From positions 1-64,000 of the forward strand of contig CAVYNY010000035.1 in the NCBI GenBank assembly GCA_963769935.1: DNA of 64,000 nucleotides, given 5' to 3'. The position numbers and the translations under genes are program-made. Below are positions 50,145-60,224 of the stretch, in pieces; position 1 is the first letter of the stretch, and every line of letters starts with the position of its first letter. The DNA comes from an uncultured delta proteobacterium. Lineage in GTDB: Bacteria > Desulfobacterota > Desulfobacteria > Desulfobacterales > JAFDCJ01. Below the pieces are notes generated by a model. That model saw nothing but the letters and a program-made list of their open reading frames with translations, made no database searches and was not told the DNA's origin.

Positions 50145-50492
50145 TTCTGGGTCCCGGGTTCAGGGTTCAAGGTTTGGGGCTTCGCCCTTCGGGCTACGAC
50201 CCCACAAGCAGGGTTCAGGGTAAAGGTTTCAGGTTCAGGTTTCAGGTGTCAGGCAAAGATAAAGGATAAAGGCTAAAGGAAAAAGGTTAAAGGCTGGAGA
50301 TGAACGGTCGCGAAGTAACCGAAATTTTCCGGGCAATTTAGCCTCCCGGCCTTCCAGCTTCTCACCTTCTGATCTTCTCACCTTCTGCTCTTCCCAACTT
50401 CTCAACTTCTTAACTTCTCAACTTCACATCTTCTTATCTTCTGCTCTTCTCAACTTCTTATCTTCTAATCTTTTCACCTTCCCAACTTCTGT
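50145..50492. repeat. Short-period repeat mosaic between nuoCD and nuoE
   Basis: gggttca x3, ggggcttcgcccttcgggctacgacccc, aggtttcaggtgtcag, aaagg heptamers, then a long cttctca/cttcttaa octamer run. Confidence 0.75.
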
Positions 50493-50495
50493 CCC

Positions 50496-52260
50496 TTAGC
50501 GGTCGCAATCGGCCATGACATAATCAATGTTGCCCAGAATCGCCAATAGATCGGGCACCATCAGGCCCCGGCAGATCTGCGGGATCATCTGCAGGTGCGC
50601 AAAAGACGGCGTCCGGATTCGAACGCGGTAGGCATGAATGCCCCCGTCGCTGATCAGATAATAGCTGTTGTTGCCCTTGGTGGCCTCGACAATAACACAG
50701 GCCTCACCGGCCGGTATGACCGGTCCCCAGCTGACCCCCAGAAAATGGTTGATGAGGGTTTCGATATCGTGCAAGGTCCGCTCCCGCAGCGGGGGAGTGG
50801 TCAGGGGGTGATGGGCTTTGTAGGGGCCGGCGGGCATGTTTTTTAAACACTGTTGGATGATGCGAAGGCTCTGTCGCATTTCCTCGACGCGCACCAGGGC
50901 CCGGTCATAGCAATCACCGTGAACGGCCGTGGGAATGTCGAATTCGAACTGCTCATAGCCGCAATACGGCATTTGTTTGCGAAAATCCCACTCCAGACCG
51001 CAAGCCCGCAAACCGGGTCCGGTCACCCCCCAGTCGGCGGCCTCATCCAACGTGTAAGATCCGATACCCTGGGTGCGTTCTTTGAAAATGCGGTTTTGCA
51101 TCACCATTTTGTCATACTCTTTTAAGCGGCGCGACATATAGGGTAAAAAATCCTCCAGCATCTTGTCCCAACCGTTGGGCAGATCCTGGGCCAGCCCGCC
51201 GATGCGAAACCAGCTGGGATGCATGCGGCCGCCGGTAATGGCGCTGACGATGTCAAAGGCCCGCTCGCGGTCATTGAACATGAAAAATACCGGGGAGAGC
51301 ATGCCGACATCCTGGGCAAAAGTGCCGTACCAGACCAGATGGCTGATGATGCGGAACAGCTCGACCATCATGACCCGGATCACTTTAACCCGGTCGGGGA
51401 CCTCGATTCCGGCCAACTTCTCCGCGGCCAGAACATAGGGCAGATTGTTCATTACCCCGCCCAGATAGTCTATCCGATCGGTATAGGGAATAAACGTGTG
51501 CCAGGTTTGGCGTTCGCCCATTTTTTCAGCGCCCCGATGGTGAAAGCCGATTTCCGGCACCGCATCGACGATCTCCTCCCCGTCCAGCTGTAAAAGGATG
51601 CGAAATACCCCGTGGGTGCCAGGGTGTTGGGGCCCCAGGTTGAGAAACATCAGGTCCGTCTCCTCACCCTGATCCTGCAGGCCCCATTCCTCCGGGCGAA
51701 ACCGCATGGCTTTCTCCTCCCGGATCAGCTTGTCTTCGGGCATACGGAAAGGTCCCATCTCGGTTGCCCGGGCCGGATGTTCTTTGCGCAGGGGATGGCC
51801 CTCCCAGGTAGGCGGCAGCAAAATACGCCGCAGATGCGGATGGCCTTCGAAGGTGATGCCGAACATGTCCCAGACTTCGCGTTCATACCAGTTGGCCGAT
51901 GACCAGATATCCGTGACCGTGGCCAGGGAGGGGTATTCACTTTCAAGCGGGACTTTGATCCGGATCACGAGGTTGCGATCGAAAGAGAGCAGATGGTAGA
52001 CCAGGCTGAAGTCGCTCTTGGGCTGGTCCCGGCGATGGACCCGGCGTGCGCTCGTCGACGGCGGTGAGGTCATATAGCATCGGGAAGGGCTGAGGGGCTT
52101 TGTGCTTGAGATAATGCAGTACGGCATGGATTTGATCCTGCGAAACCCAGACCGTCGGGATCTCGTCCCGACAAGGCTGCGCCATGAGAATGCCGCTGTC
52201 GAACTTCTGCTGCAATTCCTGCAAGAGGTCGGGCTCAAGGATGTTGGATGAATTGCTCAT
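50496..52260 (-). CDS. nuoCD: NADH-quinone oxidoreductase fused subunit C/D (+1 frameshift at ~52044)
   Basis: [64 protein letters not shown]. Confidence 0.95.
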
Positions 52261-52293
52261 AGCGATTCCGGTTGCTCCCAAACGTTGCCGCGG

Positions 52294-52929
52294 TCAGATT
52301 TCATCCGGGGAGCGCAGCGTTGTTGTCTTGCGCCGTTCGTCTCTTTTCAAATCCCGCATGGAGGGCAGGGGCGATTTGCGGGTTTCTTGAGGCCCGACCA
52401 CCCAGCTCAACGGACGCCGTTCCTGCCCGACTGCCTCCTGGAGCAAATCCAAGCCGTGCATGAAGGCCCCGGGACTCGGCGGGCAGCCCGGCACGTAAAC
52501 ATCCACCCCCAAAATCTTGTCCACGCCCTGGACTACGCTGTAAATATCGTACATGCCGCCGGAGTTGGAACACGACCCCATGGAGATGACCCAGCGCGGC
52601 TCCATCATCTGTTCATACAGCCGCAGGATGAGCGGAGCGCACTTGACAAACGGGGTGCCGGCAATGATCATCAGGTCGGCTTCACGCGGCGTGCCCCGAA
52701 TGACTTCGGCCCCGAAACGGGCGATGTCATAACGGCTGGTTAAACTGGTGGCCATCTCCACGTAGCAGCACGACAGGCCGAAATTAAACGGCCAGAGGGA
52801 ATACTTGCGTCCCCAGGCCACAATGTCCTGCAACCCTGTAAATATCAGGCTGCGGCCGACGGCATCCTCGAGCGATTCAACCCTGCTGACCGGTAATAAC
52901 CTGTGTTTGCGGCTCGACCACCACCCCAT
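52294..52929 (-). CDS. nuoB: NADH-quinone oxidoreductase subunit B
   Basis: [25 protein letters not shown]. Confidence 0.97.
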   Translation of the reverse strand: MGWWSSRKHRLLPVSRVESLEDAVGRSLIFTGLQDIVAWGRKYSLWPFNFGLSCCYVEMATSLTSRYDIARFGAEVIRGTPREADLMIIAGTPFVKCAPLILRLYEQMMEPRWVISMGSCSNSGGMYDIYSVVQGVDKILGVDVYVPGCPPSPGAFMHGLDLLQEAVGQERRPLSWVVGPQETRKSPLPSMRDLKRDERRKTTTLRSPDEI

Positions 52930-52947
52930 TTTCCAACCGGCTCCTTT

Positions 52948-53382
52948 CTAACGCTGCCCTTTGATATAGTTTTCCAGCTCTTCGATGATGAATTCTTTAT
53001 AGTCGATAATACTCTTGACGATATCGCCGATCGAAACAAGGCCGACCACCTTGCCTTCTTCGACTACCGGCAAATGACGGACATGTTTGTCGGTGAAAAG
53101 TTCCATGCACTCTTCAATATCGTCATCCGGGTGGACGGCAACGACCTCGGTGGTCATAATTTCTCTGACGGCGGTTTCCTTTGAAAACTTGCCCTTCAAA
53201 ATGGTTTTGCGGGAATAATCGCGTTCTGAAATCAGACCGACCAGATCGTCTCCGACGAAAACCAACATGGCGCCCACATTCTTTTCGGCCATCTGTTTGA
53301 GAGCTTCATAAACGGTGGCATCCGGAGAAATAGAGTAGACTTTCGATCCCTTGACGCGCAGAATATCTTTGACGGTCCTCAT
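52948..53382 (-). CDS. Stand-alone CBS-pair protein inside the nuo operon
   Basis: ISPDATVYEAL..GLISERDY..MELFTDKHVRHLPVV..GLVSIGDIVK. Confidence 0.93.
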   Translation of the reverse strand: MRTVKDILRVKGSKVYSISPDATVYEALKQMAEKNVGAMLVFVGDDLVGLISERDYSRKTILKGKFSKETAVREIMTTEVVAVHPDDDIEECMELFTDKHVRHLPVVEEGKVVGLVSIGDIVKSIIDYKEFIIEELENYIKGQR

Positions 53383-53431
53383 AACTCAATGTCTTTCCTC
53401 AAGTCTTATAGCCAGCGGCCAAGGTCCGGGC

Positions 53432-53857
53432 TCAAACGAGCTGCCTCTCCCGGATCTTTTGCGCCTCTTTTTTTTGCCTAAAGGTCCTCCATTCAAGGGC
53501 ACCCACGCGCCAAAGATAGAAGAGTGCTGCCAGGAGAATGCCTATAAATATCGAAATCTCGATGTATCCGATCCAGCCCAGCTCGCGGACGCCAACCGAC
53601 CAGACCAGGATGAATACGGATTCCAGGTCGAAGATGACGAAAAACATTGCCATCAGGTAGAACTTGGCGGCAAAGCGGACCCGGGCGGTTCCGGTTGAAA
53701 CCAGGCCGCATTCATAAATTTCGTCCGACGCCCGGCTGCGATGGCGCTGGCCGAGAATAAATGACAAGGCCAGAATAAACATTACCAACAAAAGGGTTAA
53801 AATGAAAAAAACGGCGAGGGGCCACATCACGGGATTGGAAATTTCCGACGTGTTCAA
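53432..53857 (-). CDS. nuoA: NADH-quinone oxidoreductase subunit A
   Basis: YECG, KFYLMAMFFVIFDLE, GALEW. TTG start after ggagg. Confidence 0.95.
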   Translation of the reverse strand: MNTSEISNPVMWPLAVFFILTLLLVMFILALSFILGQRHRSRASDEIYECGLVSTGTARVRFAAKFYLMAMFFVIFDLESVFILVWSVGVRELGWIGYIEISIFIGILLAALFYLWRVGALEWRTFRQKKEAQKIRERQLV

Positions 53858-54177
53858 TGCGCATTGCCTCCTGTCGCCAATGGGGGTCTATCGGTTATTT
53901 GCGACCGTTGCCAGTGAATGGTTGGATTGCGTGCCCTTCAGAATCGCATGAATCGGCTTACTATGCAAAAATGTCTGAAAATTAGCAATGGGGTATATCC
54001 TGTATTTAACGAATAAAAACAAGGTATGTGTTGCCGCGTTTCTTCACCCGTTAGGTTCTATCGGCCACCCGCTGAACTTCTGCTTGCACCGTCTGGTATG
54101 CGTTGCCGTCTGAAATCAGAAAAACCGGACTGAATATTTGGATCCGGCGGCTGATTGGACAACCGAATGTTTTCAAT

Positions 54178-54221
54178 TTAATTATCCGAAAATCAGAGGG
54201 TTAATTATCCGAAAATCAGAG
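54178..54221. repeat. 21-bp direct repeat in the divergent promoter region
   Basis: ttaattatccgaaaatcagag at 54178-54198 and 54201-54221. Confidence 0.85.
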
Positions 54222-54462
54222 TGCTTTGCCTGCAGAAACATACGCCGGATTTCTACCATCAATTTTAATGCCAAATACCGATTTGACCCTATTGAAACGA
54301 AAATTAATGAGATCTAAATTGAGCTGCCATTTGATACCCGGGCTGTAGCAATAGCTGCTCGATCAATGAAATTTAAGTCATCAACCAATAATCGATTGTT
54401 AGGAGAAGGAACAGAGCATTATCATCGATTTACAGTAATCGGTATGAGGAAAGGCGCAAATC

Positions 54463-54978
54463 ATGAGTGATTTAATAGTTGTTGCTTTTGATGACGAATT
54501 CAAGGCGGACCGGGTCCGCCTTGAGCTTTTGCAAATGCAGCATGATCATCTGGTGGATCTGGAAGAGGCAGCCGTGGTGGTCCATAAAAAGGACGGTAAA
54601 GTTAAACTCCATCATGTCACCCATTTTACGGTTCCCGTTGCTCTGGGTGGAGGATTTGTCGGCAGCCTGGTCGGGTTGATCCTGATAAATCCTGTTTTGG
54701 CTCTTTTCGGACTTGTGGCCGGCACGGGGCTGGGAGCGGTTATCGGCTCCTTAAAGGAGATCGGTATCGATGACAAGTTTATGAAGGATCTTGGGTCCCA
54801 CCTCAAACCAGGTACCTCCGCCCTATTCATCGTTGCCAAAAAGGCCAAACCCGAAGCCATTCTGAATGAACTCAAGAAGTTCGGGGGTAAAGTGCTTCAG
54901 ACGTCACTAAAACATGATGATGAAGATAAGCTTCGGGCAGCCCTCGATGCAGTAAAATCAGGCACCAATACCGAATAG
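54463..54978 (+). CDS. DUF1269-family membrane protein
   Basis: MSDLIVVAFDDE, DLEEAAVV..DGKVKL, GIDDKFMKDL..LKPGTSALF, GGKVLQTSL. Confidence 0.9.
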   Translation: MSDLIVVAFDDEFKADRVRLELLQMQHDHLVDLEEAAVVVHKKDGKVKLHHVTHFTVPVALGGGFVGSLVGLILINPVLALFGLVAGTGLGAVIGSLKEIGIDDKFMKDLGSHLKPGTSALFIVAKKAKPEAILNELKKFGGKVLQTSLKHDDEDKLRAALDAVKSGTNTE

Positions 54979-54998
54979 GGACGGGCAAAAAGAAATGA

Positions 54999-55012
54999 TT
55001 GACGCTGATCAA
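54999..55012. promoter_or_regulatory. FNR/Crp-family-like box upstream of cyoA
   Basis: TTGAC-gctg-ATCAA, one mismatch to TTGAT-N4-ATCAA. TATGAT at 55029-55034. Confidence 0.4.
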
Positions 55013-55220
55013 TCAAACAGGTTATTTGTATGATTATCGAGCGCGGCCGTTTTCACCCGTGAGGTCTTCTCCGGTTGATATGTAAGCCAACGCCGGTTTA
55101 TTTTGTCTTGCGGCTGACGTTTTTTGTCGTATTTTCCTGTGTATTTTTCGTTTCCATGGCAGCCGACATCCGATTCTTGATCTACAAATGCAAAGCCCCT
55201 CGCGCCGGTGGGATGAAAAG

Positions 55221-56141
55221 TTGAAGAGAAAAATCAAATCCGTTTTGCACGGGGTGTCATCGTTAGGTGCCGCGGCCTTCCTGGGGGGCTGCAGCCAATG
55301 GCTTTTGTTCCACCCTAAAGGACCCATCGGCCAAGCCGAGCGCTCCGTCATTATTGCGGCTTTCCTGCTCATGCTGATTGTGGTTCTGCCTGTCTTTGTC
55401 ATGGTCTTCTGGTTTGCCCGCAGATACAGGGCTTCCAACCAAAAAGCGACTTACAGGCCGAAATGGAGCTATTCCGGTAAGATCGATTTGGCAATGTGGC
55501 TGGTTCCCCTGGCAATCGTCATAGCCCTCGGCATCGTATCCTGGCGCGCCACCTTCAGCCTGGATCCTTTCAAGCCGATCGCATCCGACGTCAAGCCGAT
55601 CCATATCGAAATTGTGTCCCTGGACTGGAAATGGCTGTTCATTTACCCGGACTACGACATCGCCGTCGTCAATCAATTTGTTTTTCCCGCCAAGGTGCCC
55701 CTGAACTTCAAGCTTACATCGGCCACGGTGTTGACTTCTTTTTTCATCCCGCAGCTGGGAAGCCAGATTTATGCCATGGCAGGCAGGCAGAGCCGGTTGC
55801 ATTTGATGGCGGATGAGCCGGGCACCTATGCCGGCCACAATCAGCAGTTCAGCGGCCGCGGTTACGCCGACATGCACTTTCAGGCGATTGCCGTTTCCCG
55901 GTCGCAATTTGAAGCGTGGGTGCAAAACACCAGACGTTCACCGGATAAACTTGATGCGGTGCGCTATGAGGAACTCGCAAAACCGAGCGTCATTCATCCC
56001 GTGACATATTTCTCCTCGGTCGCGCCGGGGCTGTTCGACCGCATCGTCGGCCAATACCTGCCCAAGGGCATGCAACCCGGCGCCGGGCGCCGGGATTCCG
56101 GTTCCGGCGGCATAAAAATCGGTTCGTTGGAGGGGCGTTGA
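55221..56141 (+). CDS. cyoA: Cytochrome bo3 ubiquinol oxidase subunit II
   Basis: Lipobox [37 protein letters not shown], no CuA ligands. Start (TTG) uncertain. Confidence 0.95.
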   Translation: MKRKIKSVLHGVSSLGAAAFLGGCSQWLLFHPKGPIGQAERSVIIAAFLLMLIVVLPVFVMVFWFARRYRASNQKATYRPKWSYSGKIDLAMWLVPLAIVIALGIVSWRATFSLDPFKPIASDVKPIHIEIVSLDWKWLFIYPDYDIAVVNQFVFPAKVPLNFKLTSATVLTSFFIPQLGSQIYAMAGRQSRLHLMADEPGTYAGHNQQFSGRGYADMHFQAIAVSRSQFEAWVQNTRRSPDKLDAVRYEELAKPSVIHPVTYFSSVAPGLFDRIVGQYLPKGMQPGAGRRDSGSGGIKIGSLEGR

Positions 56142-56142
56142 T

Positions 56143-58170
56143 ATGTTCGGGAAGTTAAGCCTTGCGGTCATACCTTTCGATAACCCGATCATTATGGGCG
56201 CCGTCGGCGGCACGATCCTGCTGGCCCTGGTGATCCTGGCCCTGATCACCTACTACCGCAAGTGGACCTACCTCTGGAAGGAGTGGCTGACCAGCCTCGA
56301 CCACAAAAAAATCGGCATCATGTATATCATCCTGGCGCTGATCATGCTGCTGCGCGGCTTCTCCGATGCGATTCTGATGCGCTCCCAGCAGGCCCTCGCC
56401 GCCGCCGGATCGCACGGCTACCTGCCGCCGGGACACTTCGACCAGATTTTCACGGCCCACGGCACGATCATGATCGTTTTCATGGCCATGCCGTTTCTGG
56501 CCGGACTGATCAATATCGTCGTGCCGCAGCAGATCGGGGCGCGAGATGTGGCCTTTCCCTTTTTGAACGCAGTCAGTCTCTGGCTGACCGCCGCCGGGGC
56601 CCTGCTGGTGATGGTATCGCTGGGGGTGGGCGAATTTTCCAAGGCCGGCTGGTCCGGATACGCACCTTTGGTCGAACGACAATACAGCCCCACCACCGGT
56701 GTCGACTATTGGATGTGGGCTTTCCAGATCGCCGGTGTGGGTTCGCTGATGACCAGCATCAACTTTCTGGTCACGATTCTGAGAATGCGTGCTCCGGGCA
56801 TGACGCTCATGCGAATGCCGATGTTCGTCTGGACGGCATTTTTCACCTCGGTGCTGATGGCGTTTGCGTTTCCGGTGCTGACCGTCGCTCTCGCCCTGCT
56901 GACGCTTGACCGCTATCTGGGCATGCATTTTTTCAGCAACACGATGGGCGGCGAGATCATGATGTATATCAACCTATTCTGGATCTGGGGGCATCCCGAG
57001 GTCTATATCGTCATCCTGCCCGCCTTCGGCGTCTTCTCGGAAGTCGTTGCCACCTTCTGCGGTAAGCGGCTGTTCGGCTATCGGTCCATGGTTTATGCCA
57101 CTGCGGCCATCATGGTTTTGTCCTTTTCCGTCTGGTTGCACCATTTTTTCACCATGGGCGCCGGTCCCGACGTCAACATCTTTTTCGGCATTACAACCAT
57201 GCTGATCGCCATCCCTACGGGGGTGAAGATCTTCAACTGGCTTTTCACCATGTATCGCGGCCGCCTGCGGTTCACGACACCCATGTACTGGACCCTGGGA
57301 TTTATCGAAACCTTTGCCGTGGGCGGCATCGCCGGCGTGCTGATGTCTCTGCCGCCCGCCGACTATGTGCTCCACAACAGCCTGTTTCTGGTTGCCCACT
57401 TCCACACCATGCTGATCCCCGGCTCGGTGTTTGGCTTTTTCGCCGGCTACTATTACTGGTTTCCCAAGGCCATCGGTTTTCCCCTGAACGAAAAGTTGGG
57501 CAAATGGGCATTCTGGGCCTGGATCATCGGCTTCTACCTTGCATTTGTACCGTTGTATGTACTGGGTTTCATGGGCATGCCGCGCCGCATGGAGCATTAT
57601 GCCAATCCGGCCTGGCAGCCCTATTTGATCATTGCCGCCGGTGGTGCCGCCGTGATCCTGATCGGCATTTTTTTACAGCTGATTCAATTGGCCGTGAGCA
57701 TCAGGCAGCGCCATGCCACCCGTGACCTGACCGGCGATCCCTGGAACGGCCGCACTTTGGAATGGGCGACATCTTCCCCCCCGGCGGTCTACAATTTCGC
57801 GCAGCCGCCCGTCGTGCAAGACATCGACGCCTTCATGGACATGAAGGAAAAAAACATCGCCTACCGGCAGCCGGACCGATACAGCGACATTCACCTGCCG
57901 AAGAACACGGCCAAGGCTTTGATCAACGGCGCCCTGGTCTTCCTGTTCGGTTTTTCCATGGTCTGGCATATCTGGTGGTTGGCGATCTTTTGCGCCTTGG
58001 GCATATTTTTTACGCTGATCGTCCGCGCATCCGATGACGACACGCATTACACGGTGCCGGCCGCGGAGGTCGAGCGGATCGAGAACCGGCGCTACCGGCA
58101 GTTGACGACCGCTGCGGGCAGCCGCCCGGCCGGCGGACAAACCTCTCTGCAACCTTCACCGGCGGGTTAA
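56143..58170 (+). CDS. cyoB: Cytochrome bo3 ubiquinol oxidase subunit I
   Basis: [42 protein letters not shown]. Confidence 0.98.
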   Translation: MFGKLSLAVIPFDNPIIMGAVGGTILLALVILALITYYRKWTYLWKEWLTSLDHKKIGIMYIILALIMLLRGFSDAILMRSQQALAAAGSHGYLPPGHFDQIFTAHGTIMIVFMAMPFLAGLINIVVPQQIGARDVAFPFLNAVSLWLTAAGALLVMVSLGVGEFSKAGWSGYAPLVERQYSPTTGVDYWMWAFQIAGVGSLMTSINFLVTILRMRAPGMTLMRMPMFVWTAFFTSVLMAFAFPVLTVALALLTLDRYLGMHFFSNTMGGEIMMYINLFWIWGHPEVYIVILPAFGVFSEVVATFCGKRLFGYRSMVYATAAIMVLSFSVWLHHFFTMGAGPDVNIFFGITTMLIAIPTGVKIFNWLFTMYRGRLRFTTPMYWTLGFIETFAVGGIAGVLMSLPPADYVLHNSLFLVAHFHTMLIPGSVFGFFAGYYYWFPKAIGFPLNEKLGKWAFWAWIIGFYLAFVPLYVLGFMGMPRRMEHYANPAWQPYLIIAAGGAAVILIGIFLQLIQLAVSIRQRHATRDLTGDPWNGRTLEWATSSPPAVYNFAQPPVVQDIDAFMDMKEKNIAYRQPDRYSDIHLPKNTAKALINGALVFLFGFSMVWHIWWLAIFCALGIFFTLIVRASDDDTHYTVPAAEVERIENRRYRQLTTAAGSRPAGGQTSLQPSPAG

Positions 58171-58174
58171 AAAA

Positions 58175-58789
58175 ATGAAAGCTGACGCTTCGACCATCAA
58201 CTCCGTTCAGGTCGGAGAATTCGAACACTCCGACACCGTAGCGAACCAGGCCTTCGGATTCTGGATCTACCTCATGACCGACCTGGTGCTGTTTGCGTCG
58301 ATTTTTGCGACCTTTGCCGTTTTGTCCCATAACTATGCGGGTGGTCCGACGGGAAAAGAGCTGTTTGACCTGCGCTATCTTTTCGTTGAAACCATGATCC
58401 TGCTGGTCAGCAGCGCCACCTACGGTCTGGCCGTGCTGGCCCTGCACAATGACCGCAAGGCTTTGGTCCTGGTGTGGCTCATGGTTACGTTCCTGCTGGG
58501 TTTCGGATTCATCGGCATGGAAATCAATGAATTTTATCACTTGATCCTCGACGGCCACGGTCCGCAGCGCAGCGGATTTCTTTCGGCCTTTTTCACCCTG
58601 GTGGGCACCCACGGCGGCCACGTGGCCTGCGGACTGATCTGGATGGCGGTGATGATGGGCCAAGTCCTCGTCAAAGGCTTGACAACGCCCGTTCGATCCC
58701 GCCTGATTCGCCTGAGCATGTTCTGGCACTTTCTGGATATCGTGTGGATAGGCGTATTCACAATTGTCTACCTGATGGGGGTCATTTAA
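58175..58789 (+). CDS. cyoC: Cytochrome bo3 subunit III
   Basis: GFWIYLMTD, FFTLVGTHGGHV, FWHFLDIVW. Confidence 0.97.
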   Translation: MKADASTINSVQVGEFEHSDTVANQAFGFWIYLMTDLVLFASIFATFAVLSHNYAGGPTGKELFDLRYLFVETMILLVSSATYGLAVLALHNDRKALVLVWLMVTFLLGFGFIGMEINEFYHLILDGHGPQRSGFLSAFFTLVGTHGGHVACGLIWMAVMMGQVLVKGLTTPVRSRLIRLSMFWHFLDIVWIGVFTIVYLMGVI

Positions 58790-58790
58790 A

Positions 58791-59120
58791 ATGAAGCAAG
58801 TACCTATCGACAGCACCGGTGCGCGGCGGGGCAGCTTAAAATCCTATGGCACCGGCTTTGTGCTTTCCGTCGTGCTGACCGTTTTATCATTTGCGCTGGT
58901 GATGAGCGGCAAGTTTTCCCGTTCAGCCATATTAATCGGTATCCTTGGCGCGGCTGTCGCGCAGATCCTGGTGCACCTGCACTATTTCCTGCATCTGGAC
59001 ACCTCCTCGGCCATGCGATGGAACCTGATGGCCCTGGTGTTCGCTGTTTTGGTGATAATCCTGTTCGTCGGCGGAACGCTCTGGATCATGTACCACCTGC
59101 ATTACCGTATGATGGCATAA
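58791..59120 (+). CDS. cyoD: Cytochrome bo3 subunit IV
   Basis: [26 protein letters not shown]. Confidence 0.96.
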   Translation: MKQVPIDSTGARRGSLKSYGTGFVLSVVLTVLSFALVMSGKFSRSAILIGILGAAVAQILVHLHYFLHLDTSSAMRWNLMALVFAVLVIILFVGGTLWIMYHLHYRMMA

Positions 59121-60022
59121 TGACTGAATTAATCAAAAACTATTTGCGTGTTGCCAAACCGGGGATCGTTTTCGGCAACCTGATCACGGCCGCGGGCGGT
59201 TTTTTCCTTGCCGCCAGGGGGCAAATTGATTTCGGCTTGCTGCTGCCGGTTGTCGGCGGCATATCGCTGGTTGTCGCCTCCGGCTGTGTATTCAACAATT
59301 TGATTGATCGAAGCCTGGACCGCAAAATGGTCCGAACGCGCAACCGGGTCCTCGCCCGACGACTGATATCGCCGAAAACCGCCGTTTGCTACGCCGCGCT
59401 GCTGGGAATCGGGGGTACGGTCCTGATCCAGGCGGCAGCCAACATGCTGTCCGTCGCCATCGTGCTGACGGGTTTTGCGGTCTACGTGGGCGTTTACAGT
59501 TTGTATCTGAAACGACACTCCGTTTACGGCACCCTGATCGGCAGCCTGGCAGGGGCCGCGCCACCGCTGGCAGGGTACTGCGCGGTCAGCGGCCGCTTCG
59601 ACATGGGAGCGCTGATCCTGCTGGCGATATTCAGCCTGTGGCAAATGCCGCACTGTTACACCATCGCCATTTACCGACGTGATGATTACGCTGCGGCCCA
59701 AATTCCGGTGCTGTCGCTCAGCCATAGTACGGCCGGGGTAAAGAAGCATATTCTCGGTTACCTGCTGGCCTTTATGGCAGCCAGCCTGATGCTGACTTTC
59801 GGTGGATATACCGGATACAGCTATCTTGTCGTGGCTATCGTGGTGGGTCTGTCATTGCTGTATCTGGCCTGGTCGGGCAACAAGACAGCCGACGACCGCC
59901 GCTGGGCCAGAAAGCTGTTTGTTTTCTCCATTTTGACCATTTTTGCCCTGTGCGTCATGATGTCAATCGATGCCGTGGTGCCTGTCGCTTCGAACAGGCT
60001 TCTGACCTATTTGATCCCATAG
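59120..60022 (+). CDS. cyoE: Heme O synthase (protoheme IX farnesyltransferase)
   Basis: [40 protein letters not shown]. Confidence 0.96.
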   Translation: MTELIKNYLRVAKPGIVFGNLITAAGGFFLAARGQIDFGLLLPVVGGISLVVASGCVFNNLIDRSLDRKMVRTRNRVLARRLISPKTAVCYAALLGIGGTVLIQAAANMLSVAIVLTGFAVYVGVYSLYLKRHSVYGTLIGSLAGAAPPLAGYCAVSGRFDMGALILLAIFSLWQMPHCYTIAIYRRDDYAAAQIPVLSLSHSTAGVKKHILGYLLAFMAASLMLTFGGYTGYSYLVVAIVVGLSLLYLAWSGNKTADDRRWARKLFVFSILTIFALCVMMSIDAVVPVASNRLLTYLIP

Positions 60023-60224
60023 AAAATTAATAAAGTCACATTGAGAGTCTGTTGTCGCTAATCACAGCCTGATTTTTTTGATATTCCCGGTTTCGGTCAT
60101 TGATAATTGTGATTTGGAATTTATTTGATAATTGGTGCTTGTGATTTGGAATTTAAACCATACAGGCCTTATTTTGTTATTCGTTTTCTGCTTTAAGGGT
60201 CAAAAACAGCTTATCGGCAGATAA

